A stretch of 64,000 nucleotides of DNA from an uncultured Verrucomicrobiae bacterium (GTDB taxonomy: Bacteria; Verrucomicrobiota; Verrucomicrobiia; Chthoniobacterales; UBA10450): positions 576,001 to 640,000 of the forward strand of contig CAWDGJ010000002.1 of the NCBI GenBank assembly GCA_963801815.1, written 5' to 3'. The notes beneath the pieces were generated by a model that worked only from the letters and a program-made list of their open reading frames with translations, was not told the origin of the DNA and made no database searches. A program made the translations under genes and the position numbers. Shown here one piece after another: positions 10,260 to 20,323 of this stretch (positions within the stretch are counted from its first letter, which is position 1; the number at the start of each line of letters is the position of its first letter).

Positions 10260-12972
10260 CCGGCCGGCCGATCGGCTATCTCGGGGGGCATCGAACTTGT
10301 TAGGCCGGCGACGGCCCGCGCTCGACGCAATGCTTGCTCCGAAATCAATCGCTATTGTCGGCGCCAGCGAAAAGCCAGACAGCGTCGGACGCGCGCTAAC
10401 GGAAAACCTTCAGTCGTTCAACGGCCGCGTTTTTCCGGTTAATTCAAATCACGCAACGATTTTGGGACAGAAAGCCTATTCGAAAATCAGCGACCTTCGG
10501 GATGATGTCGATCTTGCCGTGATTGCGACGCCCGCGGCCACCGTTCCAGCGATTGTGGAGGAATGTGCAATGCATGGAGTGAAAGGCGCCATCGTCGTTT
10601 CTGCCGGGTTCAAGGAGTGCGGCTCGGCCGGCGCGGAATTGGAGAAACAAATTATGCAGCGGCGCGGGCAAATGCGAATCATCGGGCCGAATTGCGTAGG
10701 CGTGATGCTGCCGCACATCGGGTTGAACGCAACTTTTGCAAAGCCGATGGCGCTTCCCGGAAACATTGGCTTCATCAGTCAAAGCGGCGCACTTTGCACA
10801 TCGATTCTCGATTGGAGCATGTCGATCCAACTCGGATTCAGCGCGTTCATTTCAGTGGGCTCAATGGCGGACGTGAACTGGGGAGATTTGATTTATCATC
10901 TCGGCGACGATCCGCATACGCGCAGCATTTTGCTTTACATGGAATCGATCGGCGACGCGCGATCATTTCTTTCCGCGGCGCGTGAAGTCGCGCTTACCAA
11001 GCCGATCATCGTCATCAAAGTTGGTCGTACCGCCGCGGCAGCGAAGGCGGCCGCCTCGCATACCGGCGCTTTGACCGGAAGCGACGACGTTCTGGACGCG
11101 GCCTTTCGCCGGGTCGGTGTTTTGCGAGTTGATTCGATCGAAGAATTATTCGGACTCGCCGAGTTGCTTGGTAAACAGCCGCGACCGGCCGGTCCGCGTT
11201 TAGCGATTGTGACGAATGGTGGCGGCCCCGGCGTGCTCGCAACCGACGCCCTGATTGAATGCGGAGGAAAACTTGCCGAACTCTCTTCGGAAAGCTTCGA
11301 CAGGTTAAGCAAACTGCTGCCGCCGCACTGGAGTCGTGGCAATCCGGTCGACATTCTCGGCGACGCGGATCCTGAACGTTACGAAAAGGCGATCGATATT
11401 GTTGCACACGACGAAAACAACGACGGGGTGCTTGCTATTCTCGCGCCACAAGCCATGACGCAGACGAGTGGAACCGCGGAGAGGCTACGCGTATTCGCGA
11501 AACTCAGGGGCAAACCGATTTTGGCCAGCTGGATTGGAGGAGGTGGCGTTCGGCCAGGCGTCGAAATCCTCGACCGCGCAGGAATTCCAACCTTCGAATA
11601 TCCCGACGCGGCCGCACGCGCGTTTTGCGCAATGTGGCGTTACTCGCAGAATTTAGACGCTCTTTACGAAACGCCGTCTCTCGCAGCCACTACAAAAATT
11701 GAGAAAGACAAAGTCGCACGAATCATCGAGCGCGCGCGCAAATCGGATCGAACGCTACTCGACGAAGTAGACTCGAAACAAATCCTCGCAGCTTATGGAA
11801 TTTCGGTCGTCGAAACGAAGATTGCCAGGAGCGAGAAACACGCTGTCAATCTAGCGGCGGAAATCGGAGGCGCAGTCGTACTGAAGGTATTTTCAGAAAC
11901 AATCACGCACAAAAGCGATGTCGGCGGGGTGAAGCTCAACCTGCGCGGCGCGAGCGAGATTCGGCGGGCCTATCGCACAATCTCGAGCTCAGTTCTCAGA
12001 GCGGCAGGCGATAAAGCATTCCTTGGAGTCACGGTCGAACCGATGGTCGAGAATCCCGGTCTCGAGCTGATTCTCGGCAGCAGCACCGATCCGCAATTCG
12101 GACCCGTTCTCCTGTTCGGCGCCGGCGGGCATTTCGTCGAAATTTTTAAAGACCGCGCGCTCGGTCTTCCCCCGTTAAATCGTACACTCGCACGTCGCTT
12201 GATGGAACGAACTCAAATTTATCGGGCGTTGAAGGATTTTCGCGGGCGCAAATCGGTCAATCTCGCCACTCTCGAAGAATTGCTCGTCCGGTTTAGCCAG
12301 CTGATCAGCGAGCAACACCGGATCAAAGAAATTGATATCAATCCGCTCGCCGTTTCAGCGGACGAAATCGTCGCCCTGGACGCTCGAGTCGTGTTGCACG
12401 ATCCAAAGATCAAGGATGCCGACCTGCCACGGTCGACAATCCGGCCTTACCCAATCGAGCACATCGTTAGGCGGAAAATCAAGGGCGCGAACGTGACGAT
12501 TCGGCCGATTCGTCCAGAAGATGAACCGCTGATGGTCGAATTTCATAAAACACTATCCGATCGCAGCGTTCATCTGCGATATTTTGGGACCCTTAGTCTT
12601 CGAGATCGCATCACTCACGAACGACTGCGGCGTGTTTGCTTTATCGATTACGATCGCGAGATCGCACTGGTCACAGATCTGAAAAACCGCGATGGCAGTC
12701 ATCAGATTCTGGGTGTCGGCCGCCTGGTGAAGGCGCACGCCGCGAACGAAGCGGAGTTCTCGGTTTTGATTGGCGACCGGTGGCAAGGGAAAGGATTAGG
12801 CACCGAACTTTTGCGATTACTTGTTCGGATTGGGCGCAAGGAAGGTCTGCAGCGAATTATTGGCCACATCATGCCCGAAAACATCATGATGAAAGCCGTT
12901 AGTGAAGAAATCGGCTTCCGCTTGCGTCTGTGCGAAAACGGAGACGAATGGCTGGCTGAGATCGACCTTTAA
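10207..12972 (+). CDS. NDP-forming acyl-CoA ligase alpha/beta plus C-terminal GNAT (Pat/YfiQ-type protein lysine acetyltransferase)
   Basis: [47 protein letters not shown]; start uncertain (alternative ATG 10330). Confidence 0.9.
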   Translation: MHRLNKTAKLPLPRKCTDRPADRLSRGASNLLGRRRPALDAMLAPKSIAIVGASEKPDSVGRALTENLQSFNGRVFPVNSNHATILGQKAYSKISDLRDDVDLAVIATPAATVPAIVEECAMHGVKGAIVVSAGFKECGSAGAELEKQIMQRRGQMRIIGPNCVGVMLPHIGLNATFAKPMALPGNIGFISQSGALCTSILDWSMSIQLGFSAFISVGSMADVNWGDLIYHLGDDPHTRSILLYMESIGDARSFLSAAREVALTKPIIVIKVGRTAAAAKAAASHTGALTGSDDVLDAAFRRVGVLRVDSIEELFGLAELLGKQPRPAGPRLAIVTNGGGPGVLATDALIECGGKLAELSSESFDRLSKLLPPHWSRGNPVDILGDADPERYEKAIDIVAHDENNDGVLAILAPQAMTQTSGTAERLRVFAKLRGKPILASWIGGGGVRPGVEILDRAGIPTFEYPDAAARAFCAMWRYSQNLDALYETPSLAATTKIEKDKVARIIERARKSDRTLLDEVDSKQILAAYGISVVETKIARSEKHAVNLAAEIGGAVVLKVFSETITHKSDVGGVKLNLRGASEIRRAYRTISSSVLRAAGDKAFLGVTVEPMVENPGLELILGSSTDPQFGPVLLFGAGGHFVEIFKDRALGLPPLNRTLARRLMERTQIYRALKDFRGRKSVNLATLEELLVRFSQLISEQHRIKEIDINPLAVSADEIVALDARVVLHDPKIKDADLPRSTIRPYPIEHIVRRKIKGANVTIRPIRPEDEPLMVEFHKTLSDRSVHLRYFGTLSLRDRITHERLRRVCFIDYDREIALVTDLKNRDGSHQILGVGRLVKAHAANEAEFSVLIGDRWQGKGLGTELLRLLVRIGRKEGLQRIIGHIMPENIMMKAVSEEIGFRLRLCENGDEWLAEIDL

Positions 12973-12987
12973 CCGCCGCCGGCAATG

Positions 12988-13894
12988 TCAAAGCGTGTGA
13001 GCCGGGCGAACGTCGACAACCCCCCAAAGCATGGATCGATCGTGCTTTGCATAACTTTCCTGCCTGGAAGATTGAGGTTCACCAAAACTGCGCAGCACGA
13101 CCGGCGCTCCGGGCGCAGCAGCATTTCTTACCGCGTCGAGTAGGCGACGCTTATAATCATTGTTCGTTCCATCGACAATGTTGGATAAAGAAAATCCGCT
13201 GAAACTTCCTGAAGGCTGAGCTTCGAGAAACGCGATTGCATCTGCACAGGCGAGCTTGATTTGTTTGCTCTGCACAGCCGGCTGCTCGAAATCCTTTTCA
13301 CCCAGAAGTAATAACCAAGCTGTACGGATTTTGCCGATTGGAATGAGTGGCAAAGCAGCGCTCCATTCGAGCGCGCAGGATTGTCCCGAAATTTTGGGGC
13401 AGGCAATTGAGAAACGTCCTTGAGTAAATCGAACGCAGAGAAAATCGCGAAAGAAGAAAATCAAACGCGATACGAAAGCGTCCGGTATTCAAATATTTTC
13501 GCCAATAGGAAATCTGCTCTTTCGGATCATCTAAATTCAGGAAGGCTCGCAACCGCGATTTGCTCCAGCCGGCCAAGGGCGCCAACACGCGACCAAAACC
13601 AAGGATGCGATCCGCACTGCCCAGCTCAACCGGTCCGCCGGCAAGTCGCCGTCGCACATAAGCAACCTGAATCGGATTGAGATCGACCGCGATGACATCG
13701 TGGTAAGCGGAAAGCTGCATGGCGGTGCAACCCGCCGAGGCGATACAGAAGATTCGCCCGACCGTTGGAAACGCGGCCAGCTCAATCGTGGCATCTTCGT
13801 ACATGTGTCCAAATAAAAGTTTGGAAGGACCGGGGCGCGGATTGAAGCGACCGCTCTGCCAGGCCGTTTTCGGAATAGTCGATTTCAGCTCCAT
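12988..13894 (-). CDS. DUF3419/BtaA-like SAM-dependent protein, split by one frameshift near 13321
   Basis: LLFGHMYED, FCIASAGC and VDLNP in one frame; FSLSNIVDG and DRSMLWG in the next. Removing one base gives NPY-AWLLLLGE and 301 aa. Confidence 0.72.
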
Positions 13895-14274
13895 GCTGGA
13901 AAGCTGGCGGAAACCCAGACCAGAACGAGGAACGCGAAATTTTTCACGACCATTCCGGCCGGGTCGTGAATGAGATGACGGGCCCAGAGAAGACCACAGG
14001 TATTGAGAGCAACCAGCAGCGCGGTTTGAAATAGCGCACAAAGAAACGGCGCGGCGCCGCTCAATACCCAGACGCCGACCAGGACTTCAACAATTCCGAG
14101 TAACTGAAGTAATCGCAGGCCTAACCGGGGGCCGTATTGCGGTACGGCCTCGATGACCCGGATTTGATTGGGTTCCCCATTTAAGAGCTTGCACCACAAA
14201 CCTTCATAAAACCACACGGCCGCAACCGCGACATGGACGATCCATAACGGCAGGAGAAGATGTGACGGAGTCAT
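13885..14274 (-). CDS. DoxX-like family membrane protein
   Basis: VWFYEGLWCKLL and DPAGMVVKN motifs; about four TM helices. Confidence 0.78.
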   Translation of the reverse strand: MTPSHLLLPLWIVHVAVAAVWFYEGLWCKLLNGEPNQIRVIEAVPQYGPRLGLRLLQLLGIVEVLVGVWVLSGAAPFLCALFQTALLVALNTCGLLWARHLIHDPAGMVVKNFAFLVLVWVSASFPAWS

Positions 14275-14288
14275 TCGTCGCTGCCCGG

Positions 14289-14837
14289 TCAGTGAGGTCG
14301 AATATTGTTCCGCATCGCGTTGAGGATGTGCCGGTGAAAAGAGTGACAGACGGCTCCTTCGAACCAGCGAAATAGCCATCTCGGTTTATTCGGACTTTCA
14401 TAACGCGTGGAAAGCGCAACTCGTGTTCGATCGTGTGACAATCGATGAAGGACGTAATCACCTCCGAGCACCCTGATTCCGCCGCGCAACGCAAGATTCT
14501 GTTCGACTACATCGAAGGAATAACTGTGCCCATGATTTACGTGCGTCACACGCTTAAGGAGATGTCCGGTCCGGTAATGACATTTGACCTCGCCGCCAAT
14601 TTCCGATTTGGGACCTTCACTTCCGATTGGCATCGGAAGGAGGCTCCGCAGGAAAAACGGCGCAGATTTTGCGACCTCCTCATAAAACATCAACGCCTGC
14701 CACACTGCCTCAGACGACGCGAAAAAATCCTGGCAGGTAACGACTGAGGCTGAGTGCAACCTCGCGCCGTTGCTCCCGATTCGTATTGCAGGACTGATCT
14801 CCGCGCCGTTTCTCGAGCAGCACGAATTCTGTTCCAC
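14289..14837 (-). CDS. SRPBCC/START-like hypothetical protein
   Basis: S.EAVWQAL...TRVALSTRYES..KPRWLF..FE pattern; start uncertain (GTG 14837). Confidence 0.6.
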   Translation of the reverse strand: MEQNSCCSRNGAEISPAIRIGSNGARLHSASVVTCQDFFASSEAVWQALMFYEEVAKSAPFFLRSLLPMPIGSEGPKSEIGGEVKCHYRTGHLLKRVTHVNHGHSYSFDVVEQNLALRGGIRVLGGDYVLHRLSHDRTRVALSTRYESPNKPRWLFRWFEGAVCHSFHRHILNAMRNNIRPH

Positions 14838-14903
14838 CGTGAGGCAAGGATGAAGTTCCTGGCTCCGGGAGTCCACTGCTAAAGATATCCATTCCCTCTG
14901 AGC

Positions 14904-14928
14904 GCAAGAAACGCCTCTCTTTTGCCAA
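14904..14928 (+). promoter_or_regulatory. Shared regulatory motif, copy 4
   Basis: GCAAGAAACGC CTCTCTTTT GCCAA, upstream of ATG 14998; no clean -10 at the usual spacing. Confidence 0.6.
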
Positions 14929-14997
14929 TACCTGCGTGGCCGGTTCACATCGGAAGTCGTTTGGTAGGACAAACGCAAGCTTCCCGAAAGGACCTCA

Positions 14998-17415
14998 ATG
15001 AACACAACCGCCGCTGAAAAAACCTTACGAAGATCCCCCCGCACGCGCCGACGCCCGAAAATCTCTTTTGGTCCACGCCGCGGGACGTTCCTCAATATCG
15101 CGACTCACATTCGGACGCACGGCAAACCGCTGGATCAGACAACCGTCGAGAATTGCAACACCTTCGATCTTTTCTACCGCACGCTCTGTGCGGTGATGTA
15201 CAACTATGTTCCGCTGTCCGGGCACCCGGGTGGATCGATTTCGTCAGGCCGCATCGTGTCGCGGTTGCTCTTCGACGCAATGGACTACGACTTGTCGCAA
15301 CCGAACCGCAGAGACGCCGACATCATCTCCTACGCCGCGGGCCACAAAGCGCTCGGGCTTTATGCGATGTGGGCGCTGCGCAACGAAATCGCACGCATCG
15401 CGGCAGCCGATCTTCTACCGGCCGATAAGAGAGAACAACTGCGGTTGGAAGATTTGCTCGGGTTCCGGCGGAACCCGGTTTCGCGGACTCCAATGATTAC
15501 CAACTTCAACGCAAAAACGCTCGACGGACATCCGACCCCGGCCACCCCATTCGTCCGGCTTTCCACCGGCGCGTCAGGTGTTGGCATTCCTTCGTCGTTT
15601 GGGCTGGCTTGGGCGGCGGCAGACGTTTACGGAGAGGACGCACCGCGCGTACATATTATAGAGGGCGAAGGCGGGCTGACCCCGGGACGGGTGGCAGAAG
15701 CGCTCGCTGCAGCGGGAACGGCGTCGCTCGATAACATCATTCTCCACGTCGACTGGAACCAGGCGTCGATCGATTCGAATCGTGTCTGCCGTGAGCTGGA
15801 AACTCCGGGCGATTATGTGCAATGGACACCGGCCGAGCTTGCCTACTTGCACGATTGGAACGTGATCTACGTACCGGACGGTTTCGATTGGCAACAAATT
15901 ACCGCCGCGCAGCGTCTCGCGCTCGATCTTCACACCGGCCAGCCAACGGCAATCATTTATCGCACGGTCAAAGGCTGGCAATACGGAATCGCCGGCAAAG
16001 CGTCACACGGCGCGGGTCACGGCCTTTGCTCGCAGGAATTTTTCACAGCGCTCGCGCCATTGCTGCCAAAAGAGTCCAAACAGTTGCCATGCTGCAATGG
16101 CGCGACCCAGCGCTGTCGCGCCGGGGCGGATACGCCGGTCATCGAGCACTGTTATTGGGAAACACTTCGAATCATTCGCCACGAATTGGAAGCACGCTGG
16201 CCGATTGTGGATTCTCTCGCGGCGCAACTGCGCGCGGCCCAGACCCGGCTCAACACCCGGCGTCGAAAGCCATCTATCAGTGCGCCGCAGGTGAGAATCG
16301 CGTACGAAATTGCGCGTGAGACGAATGGCGCGGTCCCATCTCACCTGGTTTTGAAACCCGATACAAAGGCGACGTTGCGGGACGAACTCGGACGCGTCCT
16401 GAATCATTACAATCGCAAAACGGGCGGCGCGTTTGTGGTTGCCGCTGCGGATTTGCTCGGATCGACCAGCATCAACAAAGCAACGGAAGGTTTCCCGAGC
16501 GGTTACTACAATTACCAGACGAATCCTCGGTCCCGACAACTCGCGATCGGCGGAATTTGCGAGGACGCCATTATGTCGATGCTTTCCGGGATCTCTGCGT
16601 TCGGCGAACACATCGGCGCCGGTTCGTCTTATGGTGCATTCAGCGCACCGCTCGGCCATATTGCTGCGCGCTTACACGCCATCGGACAACAAGCGCGCGT
16701 AGCCACACACAATGGCGAGTTCCATCCGTTCTTCCTGGTTTGCGCCCACGCCGGATTGAAAACCGGCGAAGACGGCCCGACTCACGCCGATCCCCAATCC
16801 CTGCAATTATTGCAGGACAATTTTCCGCTTGGAACAATGATCACGCTGACGCCGTGGGATCCACAGGAGCTCTGGTTCCTGGTTTCAGCCGCGCTTGCGA
16901 AACGGCCTGCCGTCATCGCACCGTTTGTAACGCGGCCGCCGGAAATCGTGGTTGACCGCGTGGCGCTTGGTTTGCCGTCAGCGGCCTTGTCGGCCCAAGG
17001 CGTTTACTGTTTGCACAAAGGCAGCGAACATTCGCGAGGCACGGTTGTGCTGCAGGGAACCGGCGTCACGAACACGTTTGTGCAACAGGTATTGCCGTTG
17101 ATCAAACGCGACAAGGTCGACATCAATGCTTATGTCGTCACATCGTCGGAGTTGTTCGACATGCAACCGGAGGCGGAGCGCGAACAAATCTTCCCGGCGG
17201 CGCATCAACATCAATCGATGGCGATCACCGACTTCACGTTCGCGACAATGATGCGTTGGGTTCGGTCAGATTACGGCCGGGCGCATTCGCTGCATCCGTT
17301 TCGCCACGGTCACTTTCTCGGAAGCGGAACCGGCGCAATGGTGATGGCAGAAGCGGGGTTGGACAGCGTGGGCCAGCTCAACGCGATTCGTGCGTTTGTT
17401 AAAGCCGGGCACTAA
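14998..17415 (+). CDS. Divergent transketolase-family ThDP enzyme
   Basis: SGHPGGS, AAGHK, LDGHP, STGASGVG, GEG in place of GDG with downstream DWN, GICED, GEDGPTH. Confidence 0.85.
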   Translation: MNTTAAEKTLRRSPRTRRRPKISFGPRRGTFLNIATHIRTHGKPLDQTTVENCNTFDLFYRTLCAVMYNYVPLSGHPGGSISSGRIVSRLLFDAMDYDLSQPNRRDADIISYAAGHKALGLYAMWALRNEIARIAAADLLPADKREQLRLEDLLGFRRNPVSRTPMITNFNAKTLDGHPTPATPFVRLSTGASGVGIPSSFGLAWAAADVYGEDAPRVHIIEGEGGLTPGRVAEALAAAGTASLDNIILHVDWNQASIDSNRVCRELETPGDYVQWTPAELAYLHDWNVIYVPDGFDWQQITAAQRLALDLHTGQPTAIIYRTVKGWQYGIAGKASHGAGHGLCSQEFFTALAPLLPKESKQLPCCNGATQRCRAGADTPVIEHCYWETLRIIRHELEARWPIVDSLAAQLRAAQTRLNTRRRKPSISAPQVRIAYEIARETNGAVPSHLVLKPDTKATLRDELGRVLNHYNRKTGGAFVVAAADLLGSTSINKATEGFPSGYYNYQTNPRSRQLAIGGICEDAIMSMLSGISAFGEHIGAGSSYGAFSAPLGHIAARLHAIGQQARVATHNGEFHPFFLVCAHAGLKTGEDGPTHADPQSLQLLQDNFPLGTMITLTPWDPQELWFLVSAALAKRPAVIAPFVTRPPEIVVDRVALGLPSAALSAQGVYCLHKGSEHSRGTVVLQGTGVTNTFVQQVLPLIKRDKVDINAYVVTSSELFDMQPEAEREQIFPAAHQHQSMAITDFTFATMMRWVRSDYGRAHSLHPFRHGHFLGSGTGAMVMAEAGLDSVGQLNAIRAFVKAGH

Positions 17416-17430
17416 AGCTGACCACAAGCT

Positions 17431-19176
17431 TCAGCGTTCCGTGGACGAATTGTTCGTTCCGCGAATTTTGCGGACTTCGTTTGCCGCCTGAGTCAGCTGT
17501 TTGCTGACATCGTCCCGTGGAATTTTTAGTTCAATGACAAAAACGCGGTCGGATTTTCGCGCGCGGACAAGCGCGGAATCGAACTCTCCGTTGGTTGAGG
17601 CAATGATGCTGTTTCCACCGCCAACCAGATCGCAAATCTTGTCGTAGTTCCAACGAGTGATGGTATTGAAGCAACCGCTGCGGATCTGGCGAAGTGTGCC
17701 GTACCCGTCGTTGTTCAATACGATGATGATCGGATTCAATCCAAGCCGGACTGCGGTGGAGATTTCGACGCCGGTCATTTGGAATGCCCCATCGCCTACC
17801 AAAACGTAGGGACGCAGTTTCTTCGCCGCGAGCGCCACGCCGACTCCCGCAGGAACGGCAAAGCCCATCGACATGTAGTAAGCAGGAGCGATGAACTGCG
17901 GCTGTCGGGCGGCGCGGATGCCGACCGCCCCGAAAATGGCGTCGCCGATGTCGGCGATGACGCAGCAACGCTCATCCAAATGAAGCGATAAAATCCGAAA
18001 AACATTGGCCATTGAAAGCAGGTGTGGTCGTTCGCTTTTTTTCAACGGCGTTGGCAGTCCATCGACATTCAAACGCTTGAATCGCTTCGGCGTCACCCGT
18101 GCGGTCGCGAGCGCCTCGAGAAATTCCCGGAACTGGATCGAATCATATCGATGATATTGAACATTCACCCGTTCGGTCGTCGCCAGCACGGTGCGACTGC
18201 GATCCAACTTCGCGGTATTGAATCCCATGCTCATGTCGGTGATGAAGGTGCCGAGCATCAGGACGAGATCTGCGGATTCGACGTAGTCGCGGACAAAATC
18301 GTCGCTGCTCATCACTCCGCCGTAAACACCGATGTAAAGGCGATGATTTTCGGGGACAGCGCTCTTGCTCAAAAGATCCGCAGCGATCGGAATGTTCATC
18401 CGTTCGGCCATGCGCAAAACGAGTCCGGCCACGCGATATCGCGCTAGCTCGACTCCGGCGAGAATGACCGGTTTCTTAGCGCGCCGAATCAACTCAAGCG
18501 TTTCATCCAACGCCGCGCGCAGCGTGTGCGGATCGGATTTCATCGGTTCCGCGGGGGAAATTCCAATGATCGGAATTTCGCGGTCCACCACGTCGTGCGG
18601 AACCTCGATGTAAACCGGCCGCTTGTGTCGCAAGCACGCTTCGACGCAACGCACGATTTCGGACGCGGCGCGTTGTTCGTCGAGCAATACCGTGCTTGCG
18701 ACGGTAACTTCGTCGTAAACACGCCGCTGCGTCTCGAAGGTTTTCACCTTGTGATGCAGCAGCGGATCTTTCTCACGGTCCTTTCGCCCGGGCGCGCCAC
18801 TCACCACCACGATCGGGGATTTCTCCGCGTAGGCGCCGGCGATCGCGTTCAAAACATTGAGACCGCCGACACAATAGGTGACGCACACCAGTCCGATGCC
18901 GTTGATGCGCGAATAAGCATCGGCTGCGAATCCGGCTGAAGGTTCGTGCGTCATGGTGACGCTTTGAATTTTTGATTTCTCGAGCCAGGTAAATGTCGGC
19001 AGCGCGAAATCGCCCGGAACACCGAAACTGTGGCGAACACCGCGACGATAAAGATACTCGAAAAGAAATTGGCCGAGCGGCATCGTTGCCGGAAACGAAT
19101 CGGCCAAAAGCGCGGGAGAGGCTTTTGGAAATCGCGGGCGCGAAAGATAGTCGGTCACGGCGAAATCATTTTTCAT
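17431..19176 (-). CDS. Alpha-keto acid decarboxylase (pyruvate/indolepyruvate decarboxylase family)
   Basis: FGVPGDF, ADAYSR, LLHH, SMGFAVP, ThDP motif VGDGAFQMTG...LNNDGY. Confidence 0.9.
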   Translation of the reverse strand: MKNDFAVTDYLSRPRFPKASPALLADSFPATMPLGQFLFEYLYRRGVRHSFGVPGDFALPTFTWLEKSKIQSVTMTHEPSAGFAADAYSRINGIGLVCVTYCVGGLNVLNAIAGAYAEKSPIVVVSGAPGRKDREKDPLLHHKVKTFETQRRVYDEVTVASTVLLDEQRAASEIVRCVEACLRHKRPVYIEVPHDVVDREIPIIGISPAEPMKSDPHTLRAALDETLELIRRAKKPVILAGVELARYRVAGLVLRMAERMNIPIAADLLSKSAVPENHRLYIGVYGGVMSSDDFVRDYVESADLVLMLGTFITDMSMGFNTAKLDRSRTVLATTERVNVQYHRYDSIQFREFLEALATARVTPKRFKRLNVDGLPTPLKKSERPHLLSMANVFRILSLHLDERCCVIADIGDAIFGAVGIRAARQPQFIAPAYYMSMGFAVPAGVGVALAAKKLRPYVLVGDGAFQMTGVEISTAVRLGLNPIIIVLNNDGYGTLRQIRSGCFNTITRWNYDKICDLVGGGNSIIASTNGEFDSALVRARKSDRVFVIELKIPRDDVSKQLTQAANEVRKIRGTNNSSTER

Positions 19177-19215
19177 ATGAATGTGCCTGGCGCGACGTTT
19201 TTCGTGACTTCCGGC

Positions 19216-19542
19216 TCAATCGCCAAACTCATCATCTTCTTCGCTTCCGTCGGTCATAGGCATGAGCCAATGATGCCGGCGAAGGTCTCGCTCGTAATAA
19301 GCGTCAAACGCCAAACCGGCCCAACACGCGACTGGAACGAGCAAGCCGAAGCCCGCCGTTGCCAGACTGAGCAGGATGCCAACCCAAACTGCAACTGGCA
19401 TTCCCACAAACATCCAGATGAAGCCTGTCGCGTAATGGCCTTTGTAAATGTGACCGAGACCGGGAAGAAACGTGAGCAACGCGGCGATTTTATTCTCCGC
19501 GCTCACGACCTGTCGATTTTGCAGCATTGATGTTGCGTTCAT
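19216..19542 (-). CDS. Small membrane protein (TM2-like)
   Basis: RBS AAGGAGG; IAALLTFLPGLGHIYKG motif; hydrophobic helices. Confidence 0.8.
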   Translation of the reverse strand: MNATSMLQNRQVVSAENKIAALLTFLPGLGHIYKGHYATGFIWMFVGMPVAVWVGILLSLATAGFGLLVPVACWAGLAFDAYYERDLRRHHWLMPMTDGSEEDDEFGD

Positions 19543-19558
19543 TGTTTTACCTCCTTGT

Positions 19559-19648
19559 TTACCACTCAGGATGTCTCAGGCATTCCACGATAATGACCGC
19601 GTAGAGCAGTATCATCGCTCCGATGCCGGCTGAGATTACGTATTCCAT
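19559..19648 (-). CDS. 29-aa single-helix membrane peptide, KdpF-like; missing from the ORF track
   Basis: MEYVISAGIGAMILLYAVIIVECLRHPEW*, with RBS AAAGGAG; followed directly by the RBS of the next gene. Confidence 0.7.
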   Translation of the reverse strand: MEYVISAGIGAMILLYAVIIVECLRHPEW

Positions 19649-19711
19649 AACGACTCCTTTTAATTTGTTGCTCCTAGGTTAGCCAGGTCCTCGCCCCGGA
19701 CTTCCCTCCAA

Positions 19712-19736
19712 TTGCTTTTTGCTTTGCAAAAATTGC
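19712..19736 (-). promoter_or_regulatory. Shared regulatory motif, copy 5
   Basis: Minus strand GCAATTTTTGC AAAGCAAAA AGCAA, nearly identical to copy 2; TAACCT begins 31 bp downstream (19681). Confidence 0.68.
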
Positions 19737-19792
19737 GGGGCCCCGTCGCGACAAGCGGCCCATCCGCACAAAATCTGACGAGGAAATAGCAA

Positions 19793-20236
19793 ATGCTGCA
19801 AAGCGGAGGCGCGCGGTCCGGAGCTAATTGTAATGTGATGCTAGGAGTTAATTGCCAAGTTCAATTTCACAACGTCGCGCACAACGGCCATCCCGCGGAA
19901 CCTCGCGACATCTGGGAAGCGCGCCGCTTTATCGACAAACATCTCGCCGAGCCGATCTCGCTGACTCAGGTCGCAAAGAATATCGGCATCAATGTCACTC
20001 ACCTGAGCGAAAAGTTTAAAAAGGTAACCGGCATAAAGTTTGTCGATTACGTCGCACGCAACCGGTTCGAAAGAGCACGCGACCTCCTAGAAACCATCGA
20101 TCTTCAGATCAGCGAAATCGCATTCGCGGTTGGGTTCCAATCCCTTTCGCAATTTAACCGCGTCTTCAAAAAGCTATCGGGCAAATCGCCCAGTGAATAT
20201 CGCGTGGCTTTGTCTAGGTCCGGCAAAGGAACGTGA
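19793..20236 (+). CDS. AraC/XylS-family regulator, DNA-binding domain only (MarA/SoxS-like architecture)
   Basis: ISLTQVAK...HLSEKFKKVTG and ISEIAFAVGFQSLSQFNRVFKK...SPSEYR; start uncertain. Confidence 0.88.
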   Translation: MLQSGGARSGANCNVMLGVNCQVQFHNVAHNGHPAEPRDIWEARRFIDKHLAEPISLTQVAKNIGINVTHLSEKFKKVTGIKFVDYVARNRFERARDLLETIDLQISEIAFAVGFQSLSQFNRVFKKLSGKSPSEYRVALSRSGKGT

Positions 20237-20323
20237 TGTCGACTTTGCTGCTACATCGAATCGATCGTTTTTCCAAAAAAATGCATTGTCGAATCTTTGT
20301 ATTTCTGTCACAACTGCGGCCGC

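Noticed and set aside
20296..20313. CRP/FNR/Rex-like palindrome TTTGTATTTCTGTCACAA before the octaheme gene
   Set aside because: Only the right half-site fits; single occurrence; cannot be told from chance.
20297..20323. N-terminal CHNC as a further heme or metal motif of the octaheme
   Set aside because: It lacks the His of CxxCH, precedes the signal peptide and probably lies upstream of the real GTG start.
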